Shown here: positions 9,686-19,293 of the stretch, one piece after another | Layout: each line of letters begins with the position of its first letter | Position numbering within the stretch: the first letter of the stretch is position 1 | Assembly (NCBI GenBank): GCA_026986435.1 | Contig: JALSOP010000037.1 | Location: forward strand, 1 to 55,076 | Origin: Desulfurococcales archaeon | GTDB lineage: Archaea > Thermoproteota > Thermoprotei_A > Sulfolobales > NBVN01 | Reading direction: 5' to 3' | DNA: 55,076 nucleotides | Made by a program: the position numbers and the translations under genes | The notes under the pieces: model-generated | Database searches by the model: none | What the model was told of the DNA's origin: nothing | The model's input: only the letters and a program-made list of their open reading frames with translations

Positions 9686-10540
9686 GTGTTGTGTGTCTTG
9701 TCCTCAGATGACAGGCTCGAGAGAATTCTCGACCAGTACTACAGACTAACGGGGAAAGAGAAACGGAGGGTTGACAAGGACCTTTTCGAGACCGTTGAGG
9801 AGGTCTTCGACTACGCAACTGTTAAGGCAATACTCGAGCTGGTTAGGAAAAAGCAGATATACGAGTTGAAGGGCGTCGTCAGCGCAGGTAAGGAGGCGAG
9901 GGTGTACTGGGGTAAGGACTTTAAGGGCGAGGATATTGCCGTCAAGATATACCTCACGACCACAGCCGAGTTCCGAAAGGGCCTGATAAAGTACCTAGCT
10001 GGCGACCCGAGGTTCGAGATGAGGAGAATACCTAAATCGACTAAGAAGCTGATGGAGATGTGGGCTAACAAGGAGTTCAGGAATTACAAGCTAATACATC
10101 GCGCAGGTGTCTCTGTCCCCACGCCGAGGGCCCAGCACAAGAACATACTTGTGCTTGACTTCATAGGGGAAGAGGGTGTTAGGGCGCCCCTCCTCGTGGA
10201 GACGGAACTCGAGGAAGAGGAGTACGAGAGAATATTCTGGAACGTCCTCAAGGATGTCCGTAAAATGTATGAGAGAGCGAGGCTTGTTCACGGCGACCTC
10301 AGTGAATTCAATATAATGGTGTGGCAGGGGAAGCACTACATAATAGACGTTAGCCAGGCAGTTAAGCTCGGTCACCCGAACGCAGAGGACTTCCTTGTGA
10401 GGGATCTGAGGAACCTCCGGAGGTTCTTCGATGAGGAGGTCGGTCTACAGGTACCGGAACTCAAGGACATGTATCTCTACGTCACAGGAGAGATCAGTGA
10501 AGAAGAGCTCCGGAGACGGACAACCTCATCAAACGAATAA
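9686..10540 (+). CDS. rio1: RIO1 serine/threonine kinase
   Basis: VSAGKEARVY, AVKIY, WANKEFRN, LVHGDLSEFNI, IIDVSQAV. Confidence 0.95.
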   Translation: MLCVLSSDDRLERILDQYYRLTGKEKRRVDKDLFETVEEVFDYATVKAILELVRKKQIYELKGVVSAGKEARVYWGKDFKGEDIAVKIYLTTTAEFRKGLIKYLAGDPRFEMRRIPKSTKKLMEMWANKEFRNYKLIHRAGVSVPTPRAQHKNILVLDFIGEEGVRAPLLVETELEEEEYERIFWNVLKDVRKMYERARLVHGDLSEFNIMVWQGKHYIIDVSQAVKLGHPNAEDFLVRDLRNLRRFFDEEVGLQVPELKDMYLYVTGEISEEELRRRTTSSNE

Positions 10541-10579
10541 TAGAGCCGTTTATCCATGAGTTAGTCGAGGGCAGAGAAT

Positions 10580-11161
10580 TTGAGCGAGGTGGGGACGAGG
10601 ATATACGTCAGAGTGCCTCTCGAGAGAGTTGGTGTGCTCGTGGGTGAGAAAGGAGAGGTACTCAGGATGCTGGAGCGGGAGCTAGGTGTCAAGGTCGTGG
10701 TGGACAGCGCGAACGGGACCGTCATCATAGAGCCAGCGGCGCCCAGGGTCTCGCCGTTCAAGCTCATGAAGGCGAAAGACTTCGTAACCGCCATAGCACT
10801 GGGCTTCAGCCCGGAAAGGGCGGAGAGACTCCTTTCCGACGACCAAGTGCTTGTGGTGATAGACCTGAAGGAGGAAGTTGGTGACTCTCCGAATCACCTG
10901 AGGAGGGTTAAGGGGAGGATAATCGGTGAGAAGGGGAAGGCGAGAAAGAACCTGGAGGAGATGACTGGCACATACATAAGCGTTTACGATGACAAGGTCG
11001 CAATAATAGGGGACTACGAGAGCGTCGAGGTAGCCAGGCAGGCTATCATGATGCTGATAGAGGGCAGGCAGCACTCAACAGTCTACAGATACCTCGAGAG
11101 GGAGCTCAGGAAGTTAAAGAAGCATCGCCTCACTGACCTCTGGTTAAGAGACGTGAAATGA
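10580..11161 (+). CDS. KH-domain rRNA processing protein (Dim2/Pno1-KRR1 family)
   Basis: RVGVLVGEKG, IALGFSPERA, GRIIGEKGKAR, GRQHSTVY. Confidence 0.92.
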   Translation: MSEVGTRIYVRVPLERVGVLVGEKGEVLRMLERELGVKVVVDSANGTVIIEPAAPRVSPFKLMKAKDFVTAIALGFSPERAERLLSDDQVLVVIDLKEEVGDSPNHLRRVKGRIIGEKGKARKNLEEMTGTYISVYDDKVAIIGDYESVEVARQAIMMLIEGRQHSTVYRYLERELRKLKKHRLTDLWLRDVK

Positions 11162-11173
11162 GTTCTCTACTAA

Positions 11174-11229
11174 AGTGATGACTCATTATTGGCTGAGTCC
11201 CCTAATGATGAGGGGCCAAAGCTCTGATT
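11174..11229 (+). ncRNA. C/D box 2'-O-methylation guide sRNA
   Basis: Box C GTGATGA 11175-81, 11-nt guide, D' CTGA 11193-96, C' ATGATGA 11205-11, 12-nt guide, D CTGA 11224-27; intergenic with canonical archaeal spacing. Confidence 0.85.
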
Positions 11230-11318
11230 CAGACTCTTAGGGAATAACGGCATGAATGTAACCTACCATCTCTTCGTTTAGGAAGTCAGAATTAGGAGCC
11301 CTTCACCCCTTACGGGTG

Positions 11319-11468
11319 TGGTGGGCCCGGGGGGACTTGAACCCCCGACCTACGGGTCTCTCCCAGGGGGACTCTCCTATCATCCCGCTCGCGCGGTCTT
11401 CAGACCCGTAGTGGACTGGAGCCTCGGCTCTGCCGATCCGCCGCTCTGCCTGGCTGAGCTACGGGCCC
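11319..11468 (-). tRNA. tRNA-Trp(CCA) with two introns (non-canonical about 30/31, 11423-11437; canonical 37/38, 11358-11415)
   Basis: Removing both introns gives GGGCCCG...GCGGG CTCCAGA CCCGT AGGTC GGGGG TTCAAGT CCCCC CGGGCCC ACCA. Confidence 0.88.
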
Positions 11469-11542
11469 ACCAGAGGTCATCCGTTAATCGGTGGTGGTAC
11501 TGGTCTTTTATACGTTTATGCCGATGAGGAACGGGTGAGAGA

Positions 11543-11719
11543 ATGACATCCTGGAGGCTCAAGTGTACTAGGTGCGGGCGTGTGTGGGTGCTTAAGGTGA
11601 GCTATAACCTGAAGGAGATGGGCCGTATATACCATTGGTGCCCCTACTGCAGGGTAAACACCTTCCACGAAGTGATTGAGAGGGTTGAGGAGGGTTCTGA
11701 GGAGGGGACGCAGGATTAG
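11543..11719 (+). CDS. Small Zn-ribbon protein (58 aa), below the ORF track cutoff
   Basis: GGTGA SD; MTSWRLKCTRCGRVWVLKVSYNLKEMGRIYHWCPYCRVNTFHEVIERVEEGSEEGTQD with CxxC...CxxC. Confidence 0.8.
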   Translation: MTSWRLKCTRCGRVWVLKVSYNLKEMGRIYHWCPYCRVNTFHEVIERVEEGSEEGTQD

Positions 11720-11760
11720 TTTATAGTTTGTTACGGATAGTAGGTGTTAGGTGCAACTAA

Positions 11761-13614
11761 TTGCGGTTACTAACGATCCATGCCGAGAAATTCTGGTTCA
11801 AGGCTAGGGAGAAGGCTCTCAAGGACGCCGAGGAACTCGTTGGTGTGCCGGGCGAGGCGAGGTCGGAGAACGCGCTCGTCGTCTTCATAAGCGTTGAGGA
11901 AGGGGACGCCAAGGGCGGCAAGGAGTTTCTGGAGCAGGTAGCGAGGAACATAGCTGAGATAGCGGAGAACGTCAAGGCGGAAACCGTAGTGCTCTACCCG
12001 TACGCGCACCTATCCAGCAGGCTCGCGCCCCCCTTCGAGGCAATGGAGGTTATGAAGTCACTGGAGGAAGCGGTTAAGTCTGTTTTCAAGGGTAAGGTGC
12101 TGAGGGCTCCCTTCGGGTGGTATAAGGCCTTCGAAATCAAGTGCTTGGGTCACCCACTCTCCGAGCTCTCCAGGGAGCTTAAGCCGGGCGCCGTAAAGCG
12201 TGTCGCGATAGAGAAGGAGTACTTCATACTGACCCCGGATGGCGGCCTCTACAGGCCGGAGGAGTACAAGTTCAAGGAGGGTGAGGAGGGGTTGAAGATA
12301 CTCGTTGATAAGGAGTACTTCAAGAAGGAGCTACCGGGGGGCAAGCCCAGGATAGTCGAGATCTGCAGGAAATTCGGCTTCGAGTGGGAGCCGATGTCCG
12401 ACGCTGGCCACATGAGGTACGGCCCCCACGCAACCACGATACTCGACGCAGTCATGGAGTACTCCTGGAAGGTCGCAAAACGCGTCGGGTTCCCAGTATT
12501 TAGGGTTAGGGGCACTAACATGTTCAACCTAAAGTTCCGCCCGGTGAGGGAGCATGCTGAACTCTTCGGCGACAGACTCTACGAGCTCAGGACAGACACC
12601 GGGACGATGGTCATGAGGTACGCAGCGTGCCACCAGCAGTTCGCGATGATAAAGGACTGGATAATCAGCTACAGAGACCTCCCCTTCGGCGCCTTCGAGG
12701 TAGCGGACAGCTACAGGTACGAGCAGAGCGGCGAGGTCATGCTGTGCTTCAGGTTGAGGAAGTTCTTCATGCCGGACCTCCACGTATTCAACAGGGACCT
12801 GGAGCAGGCCATGGAGACCGCGAAGAGGGTTCAGGAGGTGATACTCGAGGAGGTAGCTAAGGTCGGGCAGGACTACTGGGCTATCTATAACGTCACCCGA
12901 GACTTCTTCGATGAGCACAGAGACTACATCATAGAGCTGATAAGGAGGGAGGGGAGGCCCGCCCTCATAGAGGTGTTGCCAGCAGGGATCTATTACTGGG
13001 TCCTCAACATCGAGTATAACATAATCGACGTACTTGGGAGGCCGAGGGAGATAGCCACATTCCAGATAGACATCGGTAACGCCAAAAGGTTCGGCATAAG
13101 GTACGTTGATGAGGAGGGCAACGAGAGATACCCCGTGATAATACACACGGCGCTGATAGGCGGTGTCGAGAGGTATATATACATGGTGTTCGACGCAGCT
13201 GTTAAGCAGGAAGCTAGTGGGAAGACCCCGACGATACCGGTGTGGCTCGCCCCGATACAGGTGAGGGTCATACCCGTAAGCAGGAACCACCTCAGCTATG
13301 CCGAGGAGGTGCTTCAGAAGCTTAAGGAGGAGGGGGTACGCGCCGACCTAGATGACAGGGACCTAGGCCTTGGCAAGAAGATCAGGGAGGCGGGTATCGA
13401 GTGGATCCCATACATAGTGGTGGTTGGTGACAGGGAGGTGAGCACGGGAACTGTGAACGTGAGGATCCGCGGCACCAGGGAGCAGGTATCCATGAAGGTT
13501 GACGACCTCATCGAGAGAATTAAGAAGGATGTGAGGGGCTACCCGCGGGTCGACTCAGCCTTACCCGACCACCTCTCCAGGCGCCCGACCCTCCACTACC
13601 TCCGCGGCCTGTAA
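11761..13614 (+). CDS. thrS: Threonine--tRNA ligase (archaeal type, fused N-terminal editing domain)
   Basis: YPYAHLSS and APFGWYKAF editing domain; RYAACHQQF, RYEQSGE, RLRKFFMPDLH, IIHTA..GGVER, WLAPIQVRVIP. Confidence 0.96.
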   Translation: MRLLTIHAEKFWFKAREKALKDAEELVGVPGEARSENALVVFISVEEGDAKGGKEFLEQVARNIAEIAENVKAETVVLYPYAHLSSRLAPPFEAMEVMKSLEEAVKSVFKGKVLRAPFGWYKAFEIKCLGHPLSELSRELKPGAVKRVAIEKEYFILTPDGGLYRPEEYKFKEGEEGLKILVDKEYFKKELPGGKPRIVEICRKFGFEWEPMSDAGHMRYGPHATTILDAVMEYSWKVAKRVGFPVFRVRGTNMFNLKFRPVREHAELFGDRLYELRTDTGTMVMRYAACHQQFAMIKDWIISYRDLPFGAFEVADSYRYEQSGEVMLCFRLRKFFMPDLHVFNRDLEQAMETAKRVQEVILEEVAKVGQDYWAIYNVTRDFFDEHRDYIIELIRREGRPALIEVLPAGIYYWVLNIEYNIIDVLGRPREIATFQIDIGNAKRFGIRYVDEEGNERYPVIIHTALIGGVERYIYMVFDAAVKQEASGKTPTIPVWLAPIQVRVIPVSRNHLSYAEEVLQKLKEEGVRADLDDRDLGLGKKIREAGIEWIPYIVVVGDREVSTGTVNVRIRGTREQVSMKVDDLIERIKKDVRGYPRVDSALPDHLSRRPTLHYLRGL

Positions 13615-13701
13615 ATGACCTCGAGAATTTTCTGAATAAACAATTTTTCGAGTGTTTATAGCCCTTCAAATAAGTAACATACAGTAGGGACGGTGGTCTG
13701 T

Positions 13702-14667
13702 ATGAGTGAGGCAAAAGAGGAGAGGCCTGTCATGAGGCTCGAGGACCTGGGGCTGAGCCCGACGATAGTTAGGAAGCTGAAGGAGGCAGGCTACAAGACC
13801 ATAGAGGCTGTCGCCGTAGCGAACGTCAACGACCTAGCCAGCATCCTTGGGGTGCCGATAAACACCGTGCAGAAAATCGTGAATAAGGCCCGGGACGCCC
13901 TAGGCCTGAGGTTCAAGACGGCGCTCGAGCTGAAGCAGGAGTCTAAGAATATAGGGAGAATAACCACTGGGTCAAAGAGGCTGGATGAGCTTCTCGGCGG
14001 TGGCGTAGAGACCAGGACGATAACGGAGTTCTATGGCGAGTTCGGTACCGGGAAGACACAGATATGTATGCAACTGTCCGTCAACGTCCAGCTACCGCCC
14101 GAGGAGGGCGGGCTGAGCGGCAAGGCCCTCTACATTGATACGGAGGGCACCTTCAGGTGGGAGAGGATCGAGAAGATGGCAAGAGCTGTGGGCCTGGACC
14201 CCGACGAGGCAATGAAGAACATAATAGTGGCTAGGGCGATAAGCACGGATCACCAGATAGCGATAGTCAACGAGGCCATGGAACTCATACCGAGGGAGAA
14301 CATCAGGCTACTTGTGATAGACTCTGTGACGAGCCACTTCAGGGCCGAGTACCCCGGCAGGGAGAACCTAGCGGTGAGGCAGCAGCGCCTCAATCAGCAC
14401 CTACATCAGCTAGCGAGGATAGCCGAGGTCTACAACGTGGCGGTGGTAGTGACCAATCAGGTAATGGCGAGGCCCGACGTGTTCTACGGGGACCCGACCC
14501 AGGCCGTTGGCGGCCACGTACTCGCTCACGCGCCCGGCGTTAGGGTGCAGCTGAGGAAGGCCAGGGGCAACAGGAGGATAGCGAGGATCGTTGACGCCCC
14601 GCATCTGCCGGAGGGCGAGGCAGTATTCCTAATAACGGACGAGGGCATCAGGGACGTGGAGGAATGA
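13702..14667 (+). CDS. radA: DNA repair and recombination protein RadA
   Basis: N-terminal HhH, Walker [52 protein letters not shown]. Confidence 0.98.
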   Translation: MSEAKEERPVMRLEDLGLSPTIVRKLKEAGYKTIEAVAVANVNDLASILGVPINTVQKIVNKARDALGLRFKTALELKQESKNIGRITTGSKRLDELLGGGVETRTITEFYGEFGTGKTQICMQLSVNVQLPPEEGGLSGKALYIDTEGTFRWERIEKMARAVGLDPDEAMKNIIVARAISTDHQIAIVNEAMELIPRENIRLLVIDSVTSHFRAEYPGRENLAVRQQRLNQHLHQLARIAEVYNVAVVVTNQVMARPDVFYGDPTQAVGGHVLAHAPGVRVQLRKARGNRRIARIVDAPHLPEGEAVFLITDEGIRDVEE

Positions 14668-14674
14668 GAGCCCC

Positions 14675-15400
14675 TTGCCGCTCAGCCCCGACATCGTCAC
14701 AGCGATCCCGGTAGCGGCAACTCTCACGTACGCGACGTATAGGGACCTCAAATATAGGGACATACCAGAATTGACATGGGTTCCGGCAGCAGTATTCGTT
14801 ATCGCGTATAATGTATACCTTGGTAGGTATGAGCCGATCCATACAATATTCTCGTTCTTGCCTGCTATAGCATTACTTGCCATGGCTTTCCTTGACCTAA
14901 TTGGTGGAGCGGATGCCCTGGCAATGCTCCTAATAGCTGCAGCCCACCCAAGCTTCCTTGTGCTTCCCATCTCGTTGCTTACGGTGGCTCTCTCGGTTAT
15001 TCCGCCTCTGGCGTTAATTATTTACTACCTTGTCCTGAACCTCGTCCATAAGGAGGAGCTGGACAGGCTTGGCTGCGTTGAAGGTTCAAAGAAACCGTTG
15101 CTGTTCATGGGGAGGCCCTTAAGTGTGAGCGACTATCTCAAGTCGAAGTACCTGTTCCTTCTCACAGTGCCCACAGAGAGGGGGTTCCGTTGCAGCGTGT
15201 CGGCCGATGTCGACATAGACTTTGAGCAGGAGAAGAGGATTGTTATGGACGCTGTGAGGAAGGGGATAATATCGGAGGACTCGCTTGTGTGGGTATCGCC
15301 GGCCCTACCTCACATAGCCTTCATATTCGTCGGTTACATAATCTCTCTCCTCATACCTCAGGATTTCCTGCTCACCCTATTCCTCAGGAGGGGGCAGTGA
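14675..15400 (+). CDS. Prepilin/preflagellin peptidase (A24, PibD/FlaK-like)
   Basis: Multi-TM; ATYRDLKYRDIP and IGGADA catalytic Asp motifs; C-terminal VWVSPALP. Confidence 0.85.
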   Translation: MPLSPDIVTAIPVAATLTYATYRDLKYRDIPELTWVPAAVFVIAYNVYLGRYEPIHTIFSFLPAIALLAMAFLDLIGGADALAMLLIAAAHPSFLVLPISLLTVALSVIPPLALIIYYLVLNLVHKEELDRLGCVEGSKKPLLFMGRPLSVSDYLKSKYLFLLTVPTERGFRCSVSADVDIDFEQEKRIVMDAVRKGIISEDSLVWVSPALPHIAFIFVGYIISLLIPQDFLLTLFLRRGQ

Positions 15401-15452
15401 TGCCGGCATTGGTATAAGAACTGTTAACCACTAGATTAACTGGTGCTGATTA

Positions 15453-15947
15453 TTGAGAGTTCTATGGGCTCCATGGCGGATAGAGTATCTGCGGAAGTAT
15501 GGTGGGGGAGTGAAGAGCTGCATATTCTGCGATGCAGTGAGAGGTGACGACAGGAGTCACTATGTGGTATTCAGGAGCAGGTACAGCATAGCTATGCTGA
15601 ATATATACCCGTACAACACAGCGCACGTCATGGTGGCGCCGATACGGCACGTGCCGAGGCCAGACCTCCTCACAGAAGAGGAGATTATGGATATTCATAG
15701 GCTGGTGACGCTCGTCATGAGGGCAATAGAGGACGAGTACTCTCCCCAGGGGTTCAACATAGGCATGAACATCGGTAGGGTGGCGGGAGCTGGTATAGAG
15801 GCCCACATGCACATACACATAGTCCCCCGCTGGAATGGGGACACGAACTTCATGCCGGTAATAGCTGGCACGAAGGTAATGCCCGAGGACCTGGTCACTA
15901 CATGGAAGAGGATAAGGGGGGCAATACAACGCCAGCTCAGTAAGTAG
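15453..15947 (+). CDS. HIT family hydrolase (Ap4A phosphorylase-like)
   Basis: LWAPWR, CIFC, LNIYPYN, AGAGIEAHMHIHIVPRW.GDTNF. Confidence 0.92.
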   Translation: MRVLWAPWRIEYLRKYGGGVKSCIFCDAVRGDDRSHYVVFRSRYSIAMLNIYPYNTAHVMVAPIRHVPRPDLLTEEEIMDIHRLVTLVMRAIEDEYSPQGFNIGMNIGRVAGAGIEAHMHIHIVPRWNGDTNFMPVIAGTKVMPEDLVTTWKRIRGAIQRQLSK

Positions 15948-16033
15948 GCTGGCCCTTCCTTTATATCACGTCAGAATCAACTCAAACCTTTATGATGTTA
16001 GGAAGCATATCATCTATGAGGGGTTAAATAGCC

Positions 16034-17068
16034 ATGAAACATTTAGTAGCGGATCTCACGGGTAAAGACTTAATCACGACCCAGGACTGGAGCGTTGAGG
16101 AACTCAGGCTCGCCATAGAACTTGCAAAGGACCTGAAGAGGCGGTACGTACATTACGGAATAGAGGGTATACCGAAGATACTGGATAGGAAGACGTTCTT
16201 CATGCTCTTCTACGCCCCCTCCACCAGGACCAGGGCTGCCTTCGAGGCTGCGATGACCTACCTCGGCGGCCACGCCCAGTACATCGAGGCCAGGATGACC
16301 AGGATGGGTGAGGGTGAGAAGGTCAAGGACGTAGTGACTATGTACGAGAGATACGGGCAGGGCCTCGGCATAAGGATACTTGATAAGGCGATAGACTTCA
16401 AGCACGGCGTTGGCAACGCCATCATAAGAGAGGCCGCCAAGCACATCAGCATACCCGTCATCAACATGGCTGACGACCAGTTCCACCCCACGCAGGGACT
16501 CGCCGACTACATGACCTTCGAGGAGGTCTTCCCGAACCCGAAGGGCAAGAAATACGTCATCATGTGGGCGTACTCCCCGCACGTCAGGGGGCCGTGCAGC
16601 GTCAACGAGGACCTCCTCCTCTTCACGAGGATGGGTGTTGACGTGACCGTGGTCTACCCGCCGGAGTTCGAGCTATACCCGGACATCGTGGAGATGGCTA
16701 AGAAGAACGCTGAAGCGAGTGGCGCTCACCTCGAATTCAGCAACGACTACAAGGAGGCACTGAGCGGCGCCCACGCCGTCTTCCCGAGGAACTGGGCGAC
16801 CAGGCAGCTCCAAGAGCTGGGGTACAGCAAGTTCGCTGAGCAGGAGCTACAGATATACGAGAAGTACAAAGACTGGAAGGTCACTAAGGACCTTATGGAC
16901 CTCATGGACAAGAGCGGTGTTCTGATGCACGTCATGCCCATAATGAGGGGCTACGAGGCCGACGACGAGGTCGTAGACTCACCTAGGTCCGTGCTCTACG
17001 AGCAGGCCGAGAACGGACTCTGGACCAAGGCCGCGGTCCTCGCCCTAACCATGGCCAACATAAGGTGA
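16034..17068 (+). CDS. Carbamoyltransferase of the AOTCase/YgeW (knotted) clade, copy A
   Basis: STRT carbamoyl-P motif, HPTQ, WAYSP loop, FPRNW, HVMP in place of HCLP, EQAENGL. Confidence 0.85.
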   Translation: MKHLVADLTGKDLITTQDWSVEELRLAIELAKDLKRRYVHYGIEGIPKILDRKTFFMLFYAPSTRTRAAFEAAMTYLGGHAQYIEARMTRMGEGEKVKDVVTMYERYGQGLGIRILDKAIDFKHGVGNAIIREAAKHISIPVINMADDQFHPTQGLADYMTFEEVFPNPKGKKYVIMWAYSPHVRGPCSVNEDLLLFTRMGVDVTVVYPPEFELYPDIVEMAKKNAEASGAHLEFSNDYKEALSGAHAVFPRNWATRQLQELGYSKFAEQELQIYEKYKDWKVTKDLMDLMDKSGVLMHVMPIMRGYEADDEVVDSPRSVLYEQAENGLWTKAAVLALTMANIR

Positions 17069-17196
17069 GCGGAATCTTAACATAGATGTGCATAAATGAT
17101 AGGCAAACACAACATAATTTTCTTAACCACCTAAACCAGGCCGCATTAGACTCTCTTTTTAAAAAGCCGACCAATCATTAAGATGAGGTCCTAACC

Positions 17197-18267
17197 ATGG
17201 GACTTCCTTGGTATGTTGGGTACTTCGAGGGTAAGCACTGGCTAACTAACATTGACTACACGCAGGATGACATAAGGAAGGTTATAGAGGCAGCCCTTGA
17301 TCTGAAAAGGAAGTTCAGGAGCCGGGTACCGACCCCCTACCTTAAGGGCAAGACGCTCTTCATGCTGTTCTACAACAGGTCGCTGAGAACCAGAAACAGT
17401 TTCGAGGCCGGCATGTTCCAGCTAGGTGGCCACGCCCACTTCCTCTCCCCGAACGATGTCTACACGCCGACCCTGCCAGAGGACATGGAGCCCTACAAGA
17501 CCGAGGCTATCAGGGACGTGGCCAGGGTGCTCAGCAGGTACGGCGACGGCATAGCCATAAGAATCTACGGTGACGCCGCCAAGTGGCACATTGGCAGGGG
17601 CCACAGGGTCATCGAGGAATTCGCTAAGTGGGCCGAGATACCCGTGCTCAACATGGAGGACGACGTCTACCACCCGTTCCAGGCCCTCGCAGATATTATG
17701 GCGGTCCTGGAGGTGTTGCCAAAGATACAGGGCAAGAAGTTCGTCGTCTCCTACGCCTATAGCGGCGGCCTAAAGCCTCTCGCCGTCCCGCAGAGCGTGA
17801 CCCTAATAGCAGCGATGTTTGGTGCTGAGGTCGTACTGGCTCACCCACCGGGCTTCGAGCTCCAAGACCACATAATCCAGAAGGCTAAGGAGCTCGCCGA
17901 CCAGTACGGCGGCAGCTTCACCATAACCAACAACATGGAGGAGGCCTTCGAGGGCGCCGCCGTGGTCTACCCGAAGGCCTGGTCGCCGAAGGGCTTCTTC
18001 CCGCCGTACAACAGCACTGTGGACAAGGAGGGCGCTAAGGAGTACCAGAAGAAGTTCAAGGACTGGATAGTCACCATGGACCTGCTCGAGAAGGCTGGCA
18101 AGCCGTACTATATGCACTGTGGCCCTGCAGACAGGGGACAGGAGGTCACTGACGAGGTACTCGACAGCTACGAGAGGAGCCTTTACTTCCAGGAGGCGGA
18201 GAACAGGCTCCACGTCCAGAAGGCCGTAATGGCCATGGTCATGGGCTCCAGGTTCCAAGAGTTTTAA
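17197..18267 (+). CDS. Carbamoyltransferase of the AOTCase/YgeW clade, copy B
   Basis: SLRT, HPFQALAD, YAYSGGLKPLAVPQS (cf. YgeW WAYSPSYGKPLSVPQ), VYPKAW, HCGPADRG, EAENRLH. Confidence 0.85.
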   Translation: MGLPWYVGYFEGKHWLTNIDYTQDDIRKVIEAALDLKRKFRSRVPTPYLKGKTLFMLFYNRSLRTRNSFEAGMFQLGGHAHFLSPNDVYTPTLPEDMEPYKTEAIRDVARVLSRYGDGIAIRIYGDAAKWHIGRGHRVIEEFAKWAEIPVLNMEDDVYHPFQALADIMAVLEVLPKIQGKKFVVSYAYSGGLKPLAVPQSVTLIAAMFGAEVVLAHPPGFELQDHIIQKAKELADQYGGSFTITNNMEEAFEGAAVVYPKAWSPKGFFPPYNSTVDKEGAKEYQKKFKDWIVTMDLLEKAGKPYYMHCGPADRGQEVTDEVLDSYERSLYFQEAENRLHVQKAVMAMVMGSRFQEF

Positions 18268-18327
18268 ATCTAAACCTAAAACCCATCCAAACAATCATAA
18301 GAGATCACGAAACTCCGGTGATCGATC

Positions 18328-19293
18328 ATGGCTGAGAGGAATGAGAAATACGTATTAATCGCTCTGGGAGGCAATGCTTTCCAGACCAAAGGTGAACCAG
18401 GTACTACAGAGAATTATTGGAAGAACGCGTACAAGGCGGCTGAGACTATAGTAAAGATTGTCAAAGAAGGCTACAAAGTGGCGATCACCCATGGAAACGG
18501 CCCCCAGGTCGGTACCATACTTGAGTGGATGGAGAGGTCAAAGGACAAGATACCTCCACTCGCGATGGATATAGCCGGGGCAATGACGCAAGGCTGGCTC
18601 GGCTACCTACTGATGCAGTCGATAGGTAACCTCCTCATTAAGGAGGGTATTAAGGACCACATTAAGGGAGTGGTTGCCATAGTAAATCAGGTGCTCGTAA
18701 GCAAGGACGACCCCGCATGGCAGAACCCGACGAAGTACGTGGGCAGCTACTACACTGAGGAGGAGGCGAAGCGCCTGGCCAAGGAGAAGGGCTGGGTAAT
18801 CAAGCCTGACCCAAGAGGCGGCTGGAGGAGGGTTGTGCCCTCTCCCGACCCCAAGCAGAACATTGAGGTAGAAGCTGTGAAGAAGCTGCTTGATGAGGGC
18901 TGGATAGTGATAGCATCGGGAGGCGGCGGGATACCGGTGATCAAGGAGGAGGACGGCACCCTAAAGGGTGTTGAGGCGGTGATCGACAAGGACCTAGCTG
19001 GCGAAGTCCTAGCGACTGAGCTGGGTGTCGGCCAGTTTATAATCCTTACCGACGTTGACGGTGTCTATCTGAACTTCAAGCAGCCCAACCAGAAGAAGCT
19101 CGACGTGGTGAAGGCCTCAGAGCTCGAGAAGTACTACAAGGAGGGCCACTTCAAGCCAGGCTCCATGGGCCCGAAGGTACTGGCAGCGATCAGGTTCGTG
19201 AGGCACGGCGGTCTCAGGGCGGCCATCGGCCACCTAAAGCAGGGCTATGAAGTCGTTAAGGGCCAGGCAGGAACTACGATACTCCCAGACTAA
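18328..19293 (+). CDS. arcC: Carbamate kinase
   Basis: IALGGNA, THGNGPQVG, PTKYVG, WRRVVPSP, GGGGIPV, EAVIDKD, GSMGPKV. Confidence 0.96.
   Translation: MAERNEKYVLIALGGNAFQTKGEPGTTENYWKNAYKAAETIVKIVKEGYKVAITHGNGPQVGTILEWMERSKDKIPPLAMDIAGAMTQGWLGYLLMQSIGNLLIKEGIKDHIKGVVAIVNQVLVSKDDPAWQNPTKYVGSYYTEEEAKRLAKEKGWVIKPDPRGGWRRVVPSPDPKQNIEVEAVKKLLDEGWIVIASGGGGIPVIKEEDGTLKGVEAVIDKDLAGEVLATELGVGQFIILTDVDGVYLNFKQPNQKKLDVVKASELEKYYKEGHFKPGSMGPKVLAAIRFVRHGGLRAAIGHLKQGYEVVKGQAGTTILPD

Noticed and set aside
7601-11161. aIF2beta-DUF424-NMD3-aIF1A-RIO1-KH cluster
   Set aside because: Well-known conserved archaeal gene neighbourhood.
11318-11562. ORFs overlapping tRNA-Trp (also those over tRNA-Thr and tRNA-Tyr)
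   Set aside because: They overlap tRNA genes and are spurious.
12529-13290. Long antisense ORFs (e.g. 253 aa opposite thrS, 267 aa opposite glyS, 204 aa opposite pfkB)
   Set aside because: Shadow ORFs caused by GC-rich biased codon usage; no motifs.
16034-19293. Arginine deiminase (ADI) pathway interpretation of OTC-like genes + carbamate kinase
   Set aside because: No arcA in the cluster, and neither transferase has the OTC SMG/HCLP motifs; they carry YgeW/AOTCase-type loops and sit with SsnA.
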